This document shows, one piece after another, positions 18,562-28,249 of a DNA stretch of 64,000 nucleotides. How positions within the stretch are numbered: position 1 is the first letter of the stretch; each line of letters opens with the position of its first letter. Origin of the DNA: Pseudobacteriovorax antillogorgiicola (GTDB taxonomy: Bacteria; Bdellovibrionota_B; Oligoflexia; Oligoflexales; RGVZ01); assembly GCA_945898195.1 (NCBI GenBank), contig CAMDHM010000013.1, positions 93 to 64,092 on the forward strand, in the 5' to 3' direction. The notes under the pieces were generated by a model, which saw only the letters and a program-made list of their open reading frames with translations, did no database searches and was not told the origin of the DNA. A program made the translations under genes and the position numbers.

Positions 18562-20097
18562 ATGACAAAACAAAATGCCCGACCCGGCCAGATGGCAGAA
18601 CACCTCATGCACATGCAGGGTGCCCGTGTCTTCATCGTCGGCGACGTGATCCTGGACCAATACATTTCGGGCAAGGTCAGTCGCATTTCGCCCGAAGCCC
18701 CCGTCCCGGTTTTACTTGAAGCCTCGCAGAAATCCGTCCTTGGTGGCGCCGCCAACGTTGCTGCCAACGTTGCCTCATTTGGGGCCACGGCAATCCTTGC
18801 AGGGCGCATTGGCGCCGACTCCGATGGCGAACTCCTGACTAGACTTTGTCAGGCGCAGGGGATCCACACGGGCCCTATGGTCAAATGCAGCGATCAACCA
18901 ACCACGCGCAAGTTGCGGGTCCTCGCCGGTTATCAGCAAATCGTTCGCATTGACGCGGAATCCACCGAACGCCTTAATGCCGTCGCGGAAGATGCGATCT
19001 TGGATTCTTTCGATTCATTTTTAAACAGTACGGAACGGAACGGCAATCACCATGCAAATGACAAATCCCTCGTCATCAGCGACTACGGAAAAGGTGTCTG
19101 CACACCGCGCCTGCTCAGCAGTCTAATTGCCAAAGCTGTTGCCGGCGGAATCCCGGTGATCACAGACCCAAAATCTAGTGATTTGTCGCGTTACCGTGGA
19201 ACAACGTTTATCAAACCAAATCTTTCTGAGGGCCGTGAAATTCTGCTGCGCATAAAACCGAACGCATGGCACGAAAATCTCGAAGAGGAAATCGCATCGC
19301 TCTTGAAGGTGGTCGAGGCCGAATGCGGCGCGCGCCATGTCGTGCTCAGTTTGTCCGAAAATGGCGTCGTCGCATCAACAGCCGGAACGGCAAATCTACT
19401 TCGCTACAAAAGCGAAGTCCTTCAGGTGGCAGATGTCTCTGGGGCCGGAGACACGATGATCGCCTTTCTTGCTATGGCGGCAGCCTGTAATTTGCCGCTG
19501 GATCGCAACGTGCAACTGGCAAATATCGCCGCGGGTACCGTGTGCGGAAAACTTGGTACCGCAACCCTGAGCAGTGCGGAATTTATGGAAGCCTTTCAGG
19601 AGCGTGAGGGTGCAACTCACCCAGAAAAAGTCATCACTCACGAGGAAGCCTCACGCATCGCGGCACAGTATCGCAGCGCCGGACGCTCTGTTGTCTTTAC
19701 CAATGGTTGTTTTGACCTTCTGCACGCTGGCCATGTAACCTTGCTGCAACACGCGCGAGACCAAGGCGATATCTTGATGCTCGGCCTCAACGCAGACTCG
19801 TCCATCAAACGCCTAAAGGGTCCTGACCGGCCCGTCCAAAATGAACAGGACCGCGCCTCCATCATGTCTGGACTTGGTTGCGTCAACTACATTGTTTTAT
19901 TTGAGGAAGACACGCCAATTAAATTGATTGAGGCCATTAAACCCGACGTCATTGTCAAAGGCGGTGATTATCACCCCGACGAGGTTGTCGGCGCTGATGT
20001 GGTCAAATCCCACGGTGGCCGGGTTGCAATCGTCCCCCTACTGGAGGGGCGCAGCACAACACGAATCATTGAACGCTCGCACGGAAAACCCCGGTGA
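18562..20097 (+). CDS. hldE: Bifunctional heptose 7-phosphate kinase / heptose 1-phosphate adenylyltransferase
   Basis: RISPEAPVPV, GGAANVA, SDYGKG, DVSGAGDT, FTNGCFDLLHAGH, KGGDY. Confidence 0.96.
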   Translation: MTKQNARPGQMAEHLMHMQGARVFIVGDVILDQYISGKVSRISPEAPVPVLLEASQKSVLGGAANVAANVASFGATAILAGRIGADSDGELLTRLCQAQGIHTGPMVKCSDQPTTRKLRVLAGYQQIVRIDAESTERLNAVAEDAILDSFDSFLNSTERNGNHHANDKSLVISDYGKGVCTPRLLSSLIAKAVAGGIPVITDPKSSDLSRYRGTTFIKPNLSEGREILLRIKPNAWHENLEEEIASLLKVVEAECGARHVVLSLSENGVVASTAGTANLLRYKSEVLQVADVSGAGDTMIAFLAMAAACNLPLDRNVQLANIAAGTVCGKLGTATLSSAEFMEAFQEREGATHPEKVITHEEASRIAAQYRSAGRSVVFTNGCFDLLHAGHVTLLQHARDQGDILMLGLNADSSIKRLKGPDRPVQNEQDRASIMSGLGCVNYIVLFEEDTPIKLIEAIKPDVIVKGGDYHPDEVVGADVVKSHGGRVAIVPLLEGRSTTRIIERSHGKPR

Positions 20098-20258
20098 AAT
20101 AGCGCCAGCGGCCACAAACGCCCCCTTCGGTAACACTTATTGTGGCGCTACTCGGGGAGCAGACCATCGTAACACAATGATTTCATAGCATTAACTTCTA
20201 TGGACTTCATCTATTCACCATAAATACCGATGAACCCCTTACTTGCAAGGGAGCGTCA

Positions 20259-21191
20259 TTGAATTTACCGAGCAAACCAATTTTAATTTGTGCGGTTGCC
20301 GTTGTGTTGACGGCGTCTTGCGGCGGAGGACTCCCATCTCCGGATCTTGGCCAGACTAAAAAGAAATCCGACAATGCACAGCCGGCCATCAACTCGCTCA
20401 TCGAGCAGCTCCTACCTGAAGGCAATTTTATCGAAGCACTCTACACCGTAAACGCCTCTTCGGGGATCCTCGTCAATTGCAAAGGCACAACCAAGTTCAA
20501 CGTGACCACGCGATTCGCGATGAAAATGACGGAATCAAATATCGATTGCGGACTTTTCGGCAAGATGGACCTTGCCAGTTCCATGGCCGGAATGGACCCA
20601 CGCCGGGCGGAATCTGAACTCGGTGATATGTCAAAGTTCATCAGCAACGATGGCACGTTCATCCGCACCACCCGGTTACCAAGCTTTGAGTTCTACCCGC
20701 CGCGTCCAATGGTCGTCTCTGCTCTAAATCTTGATATTTCAAAAGTAAGGGTCGGTGGTCCAGGAGCCGTCGAAACCTTTAACGCACGAGACTTGCGAGC
20801 CAACATCAAAACGGAACGACAGGCAACGGGAACCGCCACTTATTTTGCTTTAGGAAAAAACGAAGTGATTGCTTCCAAGAACTTCTCGAAGCCGTTCAGC
20901 AGTATTTTTCGCTGGAAACTGCAATACGACGGATTCGCTGGTATCGACCGCATGGCTTCCATGCTGTTTAACAGCATGGAAGTATCATGGAACATGGCAC
21001 CCCTTGCGATTCCTAAAATCGTCATCGTAACGCGCCTAGGCAACGTGTTGGCTGGCGCCGCAAATAACGACGCAGCTGCAATGCAACAGATGGCCAGTAG
21101 CCTTTTGAACTCACCGTTTGGAAGTATGGCCGATTTTCTCGTTGGCGAGATCAAAATCGAGCTGACCTTGTTTAGTCAGAAGGGGTTATAA
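20259..21191 (+). CDS. Hypothetical lipoprotein (paralog of 22044-22964)
   Basis: LTASC lipobox; shares F.PPRP, W...P..IP and GE.....L motifs with 22044-22964. Confidence 0.75.
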   Translation: MNLPSKPILICAVAVVLTASCGGGLPSPDLGQTKKKSDNAQPAINSLIEQLLPEGNFIEALYTVNASSGILVNCKGTTKFNVTTRFAMKMTESNIDCGLFGKMDLASSMAGMDPRRAESELGDMSKFISNDGTFIRTTRLPSFEFYPPRPMVVSALNLDISKVRVGGPGAVETFNARDLRANIKTERQATGTATYFALGKNEVIASKNFSKPFSSIFRWKLQYDGFAGIDRMASMLFNSMEVSWNMAPLAIPKIVIVTRLGNVLAGAANNDAAAMQQMASSLLNSPFGSMADFLVGEIKIELTLFSQKGL

Positions 21192-21192
21192 A

Positions 21193-22047
21193 ATGAGGGA
21201 ATGCACCTTACAAAAAAGTGCCCTCGTTGGTATTTTGACTCTTGTTGGCGCCTGTGGCGCGCCATCGAAATCATCTCAATCTGTTTCATCGGGACTCAAT
21301 GCCACAGCCGCAGAACGCCTCGGTGGCATTTGCCTTAGCCTCCAGAATTCACAGCAGGCTCTTGTCACAGGACTCAAACGTTTTCAACCAACGAATTGCT
21401 CGGCTGGCGCCGACCGAAAACAAAAACTCACACGAACTTTATCCTTGGATCAACCACTTCTCGATAAGGCCACACGTCAAACTGGATCCAGTGTGGATGA
21501 CAAAGTCCTCGACATAAGTGCCTCCGCAACCGTGCAGCTTGGAATTTCTTTTGCACGATTTGCCGCCCAATTAGGTAAGGCCATGGCGGATTCCAAGACG
21601 TCTGGCAAGCCGCTATTTGACCCCAACAAACAACCACCGAGCACTGGAACACTTCAGGATCTCATGCAAATGCAAACAATCGAGAAAAAAAAGCTCGAAT
21701 TCGATGCAACAGGAAAATCATTTTCGGGTGCAATGGACGTGGTAAACAAAACCGCAACCCCGAAAATAAATTTGAATCTTGAAATTTCAGGAAAAATACT
21801 TGATGACTCCGTTGTTGTCCGTTTCACCAGCAGCGGAAGCAAGCCATACGAACAGTCGTTGCTTGAAAAAATCCAAGGGCTAATCCTGCTTGTTCCGTAC
21901 GACAACGATGTTTTGGCTGTCCTCTATGTTGATGCCAGCATTTATCAAATTTTGAACGGCGAAAAGGCCATGCTGGACCAGGTTGCTAAGGCGCTTGGCG
22001 GCGGTTTTGGATTAGTTTTCAGCGGCCTCGCTCAGGTGCAGCCATGA
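21193..22047 (+). CDS. Hypothetical lipoprotein
   Basis: LVGAC lipobox; tightly coupled within the operon. Confidence 0.75.
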   Translation: MRECTLQKSALVGILTLVGACGAPSKSSQSVSSGLNATAAERLGGICLSLQNSQQALVTGLKRFQPTNCSAGADRKQKLTRTLSLDQPLLDKATRQTGSSVDDKVLDISASATVQLGISFARFAAQLGKAMADSKTSGKPLFDPNKQPPSTGTLQDLMQMQTIEKKKLEFDATGKSFSGAMDVVNKTATPKINLNLEISGKILDDSVVVRFTSSGSKPYEQSLLEKIQGLILLVPYDNDVLAVLYVDASIYQILNGEKAMLDQVAKALGGGFGLVFSGLAQVQP

Positions 22048-22964
22048 TAAAAAAAACCACCATGCTGCTGAGCGCGTTCTTGCTAACTTTATCGCCGTTG
22101 CTCTCGTGGTCCTGCAGTAATGCACCGCAAAAAAAGACCCAACAAGGTGACACTAAAAACGCCGTAAAAGCCGCTGCCCCAACCCTTTTATCAAGGACTG
22201 TTTACGAGGTTCGGGTATTACCCCTTGGGCCTGTTCACAATTGCGAATCCACTGCAGGTTGCGATGTGGATGATTCCAGCAAAGTTCTGGTATTGGCGGG
22301 CGGCGAAATTGTCATGGAAACAATGTCCAACTTCTCCATTAAATTTGTTAGTGGATCGGTGAGCATCTTAAATAATCCTGCCCTCACCATTGATTTAAGC
22401 AAGAGCCTGAGCCAATTTGCACCGGACGCAACTCAAGACACGATGTCAGGCAACATTTCCAGCGACCTTGACGGTCATGTGGTAATGACCAAACGTATTG
22501 GCAACATAACATTTGATCCGCCGCGCCCCTTAATCTTGGGACCAATCATTCAGGACCCAAACGACTTTTCGAAGATCGACAAGGTCTACCCGGCGATTCA
22601 TTTCAAATCTACGGCAGACGCAAAAGGACCGGCCGTGGCGGGCACCGCAACGATCCATCTCAAGGTAATTAATGCACGGGAATCCTACAAACCTCGCCCC
22701 TCGGCAAAATTTGCCACGGCACCGTTTGAGGTTCTGCATTGGGAAATGTCTCTCGATAATTCAACGGCTGCAACCGAACAGAATGTTCAGGCCCTTTTGC
22801 TAAATCGCATCGCATTCTACTGGCGAACGAGGCCGATTCAAATTCCACGCCTGGCGTTGGACACAGACCTGGGCAGCCTACTTGGCGGAAAGTCGGATCC
22901 AAATACCCAAGCGATCGGAGAAGTTCGCGTGATTCTGGATGCAAAAGAAATCACCAGTTTTTGA
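22044..22964 (+). CDS. Hypothetical lipoprotein (paralog of 20259-21191)
   Basis: SWSC lipobox; ATGA overlap with the upstream gene; FDPPRPLIL, WRTRPIQIPRL. Confidence 0.75.
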   Translation: MIKKTTMLLSAFLLTLSPLLSWSCSNAPQKKTQQGDTKNAVKAAAPTLLSRTVYEVRVLPLGPVHNCESTAGCDVDDSSKVLVLAGGEIVMETMSNFSIKFVSGSVSILNNPALTIDLSKSLSQFAPDATQDTMSGNISSDLDGHVVMTKRIGNITFDPPRPLILGPIIQDPNDFSKIDKVYPAIHFKSTADAKGPAVAGTATIHLKVINARESYKPRPSAKFATAPFEVLHWEMSLDNSTAATEQNVQALLLNRIAFYWRTRPIQIPRLALDTDLGSLLGGKSDPNTQAIGEVRVILDAKEITSF

Positions 22965-22976
22965 AGCAAGGACGAC

Positions 22977-24350
22977 ATGAAGTTTTGGCCAACGACTCCG
23001 ACGTCACAACACATGCGCTGCATCGGCGTAGCTGTTTTATTGCTGACCCTCAGTGCTCCAGCCCTTGGTAGTCCATTTACCATGGGTGTTTCCTCTGCCC
23101 TGCCTGACGCGCAGAATGCCCAGCAGAACCCCGCACTCGCTGGTGCCATGGAGCAGACGGAGGTAATGGCGGCACCATCCATTTCCATTCAAAACACTTT
23201 CCTACTGCGATACCCTGACTCGGGAACCATTGAGAAGCCTCTTGGAATCATGGGTGATCTGACATCTTTCATTCCTGCCTTCATCTATAAAATCAACCCT
23301 CGTTTGGGCGTTGGAATTACTGAGATTGCGCCACCCCTAAAAATCAAGCAGGTGATCACGGGTGTTCCCATCGTCCTCCTTCATTCGACCCAGCTGATCG
23401 ATATCGAGGCAAATGTAACCCTGCATGGCGCCTTCGGCGGTGTCGTTGGTTATCGGTTTTCTGACTATTTGTCCTTGGGGGCCAAATTCAATTATCGCTC
23501 CGTCCTGATCGATGCCGATGTCGTCCCGGCAGGCGGCGGAGAGCCCCTGGCTAAGCAGCATATGGATGTGACGACGACAACGCTGATGGCCGGAATTCTT
23601 TTGGAACCCATTCCAAACCGCCTTCGTCTCGGGCTTTCCACTATAGTTTTTGGATCAAACACTTCTGCAACGAGCGTCGAATCTGCATTTGTTGCGCAGC
23701 AGAACGCATCGGACGGCAGTGGAAAAAGCACCACCACTGCGGCGGCAACCTTTTCCCAATTTATTGCCGGCGGCGCGTTTCTGCTTAGCCCTCGACGCTA
23801 TATCGCCGCTGACCTTGATTACAAAGCGACAAGTCCCACTGCAAAGGAGTTTTCTATGGTGGACTTCAAGGAAAAACCGATTGATGGCTATGCCCGCCTC
23901 GATTTCCGAATGACGGCCGAATGGGCGATCAGCCGAACAACTTCCGTTGTTGGTGGCTTTGCCATGGAAAATTCCAGCAAAGGTGCCGGTCGCCGTGGTA
24001 CGGACGATGATCCTGGGAAATCTGGATTCGGCAGTGGAGATGTGATCCAGATTTATACTGGTCAGGCTACGCTCTTGCCTGCGCAATCATTCATGGGGGG
24101 AGTTAAACTCTACTTTTTAAATGATCCAAAAAAAGAGCCGGACACTAAAAGGAAAACCCATCCTCACGCCCAAGAAAAATTAAAGCCTGAGAAGGAAGCC
24201 TCAGAGAAAACAAATCCAACGGGTTGGATTGTTGGTGTTGGCCTAGGTTATCGCAAGGCAACCCTTGGTATCGATTCAAGCGGCGAGCTGCCTGGGGCTT
24301 ACGAACAAACCAGGATTTACCTCCCACTCGAATTTACCCGCCGATTTTAA
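22977..24350 (+). CDS. Putative outer-membrane beta-barrel (FadL/PorV-like NPA motif)
   Basis: Signal peptide; MGVSSA..QNPAL N-terminus; alternating beta-strands; C-terminal Phe (EFTRRF). Confidence 0.7.
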   Translation: MKFWPTTPTSQHMRCIGVAVLLLTLSAPALGSPFTMGVSSALPDAQNAQQNPALAGAMEQTEVMAAPSISIQNTFLLRYPDSGTIEKPLGIMGDLTSFIPAFIYKINPRLGVGITEIAPPLKIKQVITGVPIVLLHSTQLIDIEANVTLHGAFGGVVGYRFSDYLSLGAKFNYRSVLIDADVVPAGGGEPLAKQHMDVTTTTLMAGILLEPIPNRLRLGLSTIVFGSNTSATSVESAFVAQQNASDGSGKSTTTAAATFSQFIAGGAFLLSPRRYIAADLDYKATSPTAKEFSMVDFKEKPIDGYARLDFRMTAEWAISRTTSVVGGFAMENSSKGAGRRGTDDDPGKSGFGSGDVIQIYTGQATLLPAQSFMGGVKLYFLNDPKKEPDTKRKTHPHAQEKLKPEKEASEKTNPTGWIVGVGLGYRKATLGIDSSGELPGAYEQTRIYLPLEFTRRF

Positions 24351-24700
24351 GCACGAAAAAACCCCCTCTCGGGGGCTTTCAGCTCTGACCACTTAAGGTG
24401 ATATTCAATTGAATTGATGAGAAATCAAAGGATTGGACTGAACTAGCAGAAAATACACAAAAACGGGAAAGGCTGAGAAATTTTGCAGTGGTCCGAGCTT
24501 TTTTTTCGATTGCACTATGGCCTTATATAGCTTGGAATCTAAGAATTCCTTAAGCTGACATGCTTCCTTTGCGCCCCGAAATCTGATCGGGTCTTTAATC
24601 TATATAATTCTTAATAACAAGTAAGTTTTAATAATATTAATACAACGGATTTTAATTAATCTGTAAATTACTGATTATATTGATATTTCATAAATTTTTA

Positions 24701-24727
24701 TAATGTTCTCCCTAATTTCTCCGATCC
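24701..24727 (+). promoter_or_regulatory. Sigma28-like promoter at the end of an AT-rich tract
   Basis: TAATGTT..: TAAT-N15-TCCGATCC. Confidence 0.5.
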
Positions 24728-24788
24728 CAAACTGGTCTGGAGATGGTTCCAGATTGGTCATCCCCTGAAGGCCTGCACGAGGGTTCGT

Positions 24789-25895
24789 ATGTTTGGTAAA
24801 AGAATCAAAAAATCCGCCGCACTGGTTTCTTTTGGAGCACTGGCCGCAGTCACCCAGTGGTTTTGGCCCGATCCAGCCTTGGCCGATCAATTCCAGCGCA
24901 TTTACCGTTCTCCGTACTTCTTAGGCCGCGGAGACACAGGTGTGGCTGTGGCCGACAACGAAGAAGCCATCTTTTATAATCCGGCTGGACTTGCGCAAGG
25001 TTCCGGCATTTTCAAAGGTTTATCCATATTTTCACCAGGAATTGAAATATCGAGCGACACGCGCTCCCTCGTAAAAGACTTGGCCTCGTCTCAAGGCGGC
25101 AACACGATCAGCAAGTTGACGGAACACATTGGGGAGAATCAACACATCGGATTCAACAACTTCTCAGGGTTGCTTTTCCGACGCGCTGCCATCGGCATCG
25201 TGACTTCAAATGAAACTGACGTTCTCGTCTACAAAGACCCAAAGCAAGGAGGCCTTGAAGCTGTCCAAGCCGACCTATACTCCACAACCGGATTGACCTT
25301 TACCCTTGCCGACTCGTTTTACGGCGGCAAAATGCTGCTGGGTATGACCCTTGCATACTATAAACGAGCGCAGGCCGAGTTGGACCTTGGCCTCCTCGAA
25401 GCTCAATCGCTCAACGATACTTCTAGTATTTTCGGATACGGAACAACCTCGCCCGTCACATTTGGTGCGATGTTTTTATTACCTGGAAAAAATGAATCCA
25501 GCATTGGAGTTACCATCCATAACGTCGGGGATGCCCATGTTACTCCCGACAATCCGGATCTATCGGTCGACAATTTAAAGCAACGAATTGACCTGGGCTA
25601 TGCATCCACGTCCAGTTCCAAAGCCGCCACGGCACGCCTCCTCGTCGATTACATTGACGCGACAAGTGCGTACTCATCAAACGTCTATAAAAAGCTTCAT
25701 GTTGGCGGTGAGATTGGACTCGGAAAACGTGTTGGTTTGAGTGCCGGGCTAAATCAAGGTGGTCCTTGTGCCGGGATTTTTATTGATGCCTGGCTGCTTC
25801 GAATCGACAGTGGATTTTACACCGAAGAGCTTAGCGACAAGGTTGGCCTGCGATCAGATCGGCGTTATTTCGTGCGTATTAAAGCCGGATTTTAA
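24789..25895 (+). CDS. Outer-membrane beta-barrel, TraF-like/PorV-like
   Basis: LGRGDTGVAVAD..AIFYNPAGL; LHVGGE, GLNQG; C-terminal RIKAGF. Confidence 0.8.
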   Translation: MFGKRIKKSAALVSFGALAAVTQWFWPDPALADQFQRIYRSPYFLGRGDTGVAVADNEEAIFYNPAGLAQGSGIFKGLSIFSPGIEISSDTRSLVKDLASSQGGNTISKLTEHIGENQHIGFNNFSGLLFRRAAIGIVTSNETDVLVYKDPKQGGLEAVQADLYSTTGLTFTLADSFYGGKMLLGMTLAYYKRAQAELDLGLLEAQSLNDTSSIFGYGTTSPVTFGAMFLLPGKNESSIGVTIHNVGDAHVTPDNPDLSVDNLKQRIDLGYASTSSSKAATARLLVDYIDATSAYSSNVYKKLHVGGEIGLGKRVGLSAGLNQGGPCAGIFIDAWLLRIDSGFYTEELSDKVGLRSDRRYFVRIKAGF

Positions 25896-25922
25896 AAACC
25901 GGATTGGCAGCAAGGGGATATC

Positions 25923-26642
25923 ATGAACTGGAAAACGATGACCATGACGATAGCCATGACGATGTCCGTTTTGATGGTTTCCGCGTGCGGATCAAACGTC
26001 TATGCGCCCCTTCAGTCCCAGGATCCCTCTGACCAGGCGGCCCGCTACCTTGAAGAAGGAAAACCGCAAAAGGCCATCGATTTACTTGAAAAAGCCCTTG
26101 CTGATGATGCCGGAAACTCATCTTACCTATCCATGCTGGCACTTTCTTATGCCCAACGTGCCGGCGTCGCACCGATTGATTTCGTTGAAAACATGGGCAG
26201 TGCCCAATCCAGTGCAACTTCGGGGACAAATAGTATCACTGCCTTATTCAGCGTAACCCCACCTGCTACTAGCAGCGCCATATCTGATGTTGATTATGCA
26301 ATTACGTTGATGGGACAACTTCCGACGGGGGCGTTAAATGACGCAGAAAAACTTAAACTGTCGATTTTTCAAACGGCATCCACTGTATTGAAAATAAAAA
26401 TTCTCGACACCGACGGTGACGGGGCAATATCCATTACCGAAATGCTGAACCTCACCGATGCCACCGCAGAATCCATCGTCTTAGGTTTAATCAATGCAGC
26501 GTCACTCTTGAGCGGCGGGGGCTCGAGCGCCAGCAGCGGAGGCGATGCTGCTGCCAGCCAAATCAGCGCCATGGTGAGTGGCATAGACGGACAAACGGGA
26601 AGCAGCAGCCGCGACAAACTGGCTGGCTACCTTCAGAACTAA
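25923..26642 (+). CDS. Lipoprotein with TPR-like helices and an EF-hand-like loop
   Basis: VSAC lipobox; YLEEGKPQKAIDLLEKAL; DTDGDGAISITE. Confidence 0.75.
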   Translation: MNWKTMTMTIAMTMSVLMVSACGSNVYAPLQSQDPSDQAARYLEEGKPQKAIDLLEKALADDAGNSSYLSMLALSYAQRAGVAPIDFVENMGSAQSSATSGTNSITALFSVTPPATSSAISDVDYAITLMGQLPTGALNDAEKLKLSIFQTASTVLKIKILDTDGDGAISITEMLNLTDATAESIVLGLINAASLLSGGGSSASSGGDAAASQISAMVSGIDGQTGSSSRDKLAGYLQN

Positions 26643-26650
26643 CAGCCCAC

Positions 26651-27076
26651 TCAACTACTGTGGTGAGCGCCAACCTTGCAGCCAGTGTCCACACTTCGCA
26701 TGATGTCATCGCGCGGAATCAATTCCGTCGGCAATGAGGCACGGCGAAGATTCGCATGGAACAAAATCGCCCCCCGCAGCTTGGCATAATCGAGGTCAGC
26801 ATCTTCAAGGTTTGCATTGGTGAAGTTCGCACCCTCAAGGTTTGCATTCCACAGAGATACACCGCGCATGTCGGCATCCGTGAAATTTGCATCCTTCAAG
26901 TTCGAATAAGAGAAATTGGTGTTCTGCAGGTCGCAATTGGAAAAATCAATCTTGATGAGGTTTGCCTTGCGAATATCCAGACCGCTCAGGTCTTTGGTCG
27001 CAGCAAGAGTTTCGAGAACTTCTTTACGTGTCAGCGTTACAGTCTTATCGGATTCTTTGGTCATCTTATCATCCAA
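26651..27076 (-). CDS. Pentapeptide repeat protein
   Basis: A(N/D)L/F-xx repeats (ANLEGANFTNANLEDADL). Confidence 0.9.
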   Translation of the reverse strand: MDDKMTKESDKTVTLTRKEVLETLAATKDLSGLDIRKANLIKIDFSNCDLQNTNFSYSNLKDANFTDADMRGVSLWNANLEGANFTNANLEDADLDYAKLRGAILFHANLRRASLPTELIPRDDIMRSVDTGCKVGAHHSS

Positions 27077-27113
27077 TCAATAGGGCCAAGATTCAGGAAT
27101 ACCAGGGAGATCC

Positions 27114-28118
27114 TCAGGACATCAAAAGGCGCGCAACGTCAAGCATACGCCAACTGAATCCCGTTTCATTATCGTACCACGACAGCACCTTGACCAACGT
27201 CCCTTCCATCACGGCCGTGCTTGCGCCGTCGACAAAACTACTGTGATTGTCGCCGTTGTAATCAATCGAAACGAGAGGTTCATCGGTATAGCCAAGGATT
27301 CCTTTCATCGCTCCGTTTGCCGCCTTGCGCATGGCGTCATTAATTTCCTCCACCGTCACCGCACGACTAACTTCGAAGGTCACGTCGACTAAAGATACAT
27401 TAGGTGTCGGAACCCGAATTGCCATGCCGTGCATCTTCCCCTTTAGCTCCGGCATCACCAGCCCGATGGCTTTAGCCGCCCCCGTAGAAGTCGGGATCAT
27501 CGAGACACCCGCAGCCCGCGCGCGCCGAAGATCCTTGTGTGGCAAATCAAGAATACTTTGATCATTGGTATACGAATGCACTGTGGTCATGAGCCCGCGC
27601 TTGATTCCAGCGAGGTCATGAATCACCTTGGCTACGGGAGCCAGGCAGTTTGTGGTGCAACTGCCATTGGATACGATTGTATGCTTCACCTTGTCTATTT
27701 TTTGGTGATTCACACCGTACACGACGGTGATATCCTCATCCGTCGCAGGAGCGGAAATAAGCACCTTGCGAGCCCCAGCCTTCAAATGTCCTTCTGCAGC
27801 GGCACGCTTAGTGAATACGCCCGAACATTCAAACACAATGCCGACCTCATTCGACTTCCACGGCAGCTCCTCCGGATTTTTAATCGCGGAGACGGAAATT
27901 TTACGGCCATCAACAATAATGGCACCGTCAGCGGCTTCGACGTTATGATCAAAACGCCCGTGAACACTGTCGTACTTAAGCAAGTGCGCAAGGGTTTTGG
28001 TGTCCGTCAGATCGTTAATGTGAACGATCTCAAAGTCGCTGTTGCCTTTTGCATAGGCCGCACGGAACACGGTCCGGCCGATCCTTCCAAATCCATTAAT
28101 GCCAACGCGAATGGTCAT
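27114..28118 (-). CDS. gap: Glyceraldehyde-3-phosphate dehydrogenase, type I
   Basis: GINGFGRIGR, SNGSCTTNCLAP, WYDNE. Confidence 0.98.
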   Translation of the reverse strand: MTIRVGINGFGRIGRTVFRAAYAKGNSDFEIVHINDLTDTKTLAHLLKYDSVHGRFDHNVEAADGAIIVDGRKISVSAIKNPEELPWKSNEVGIVFECSGVFTKRAAAEGHLKAGARKVLISAPATDEDITVVYGVNHQKIDKVKHTIVSNGSCTTNCLAPVAKVIHDLAGIKRGLMTTVHSYTNDQSILDLPHKDLRRARAAGVSMIPTSTGAAKAIGLVMPELKGKMHGMAIRVPTPNVSLVDVTFEVSRAVTVEEINDAMRKAANGAMKGILGYTDEPLVSIDYNGDNHSSFVDGASTAVMEGTLVKVLSWYDNETGFSWRMLDVARLLMS

Positions 28119-28249
28119 GTCTGATTCCTTCGACAAAGTGCCCTTAAGTTAGCAAAGGGACAGCTCTCAGCAAGTGATTTCAGGAGAATAATGCGGTTCA
28201 GGCAAACTATATCGACCTGAAGGGCCAACGGATGCCCCGAATTGCCGGT

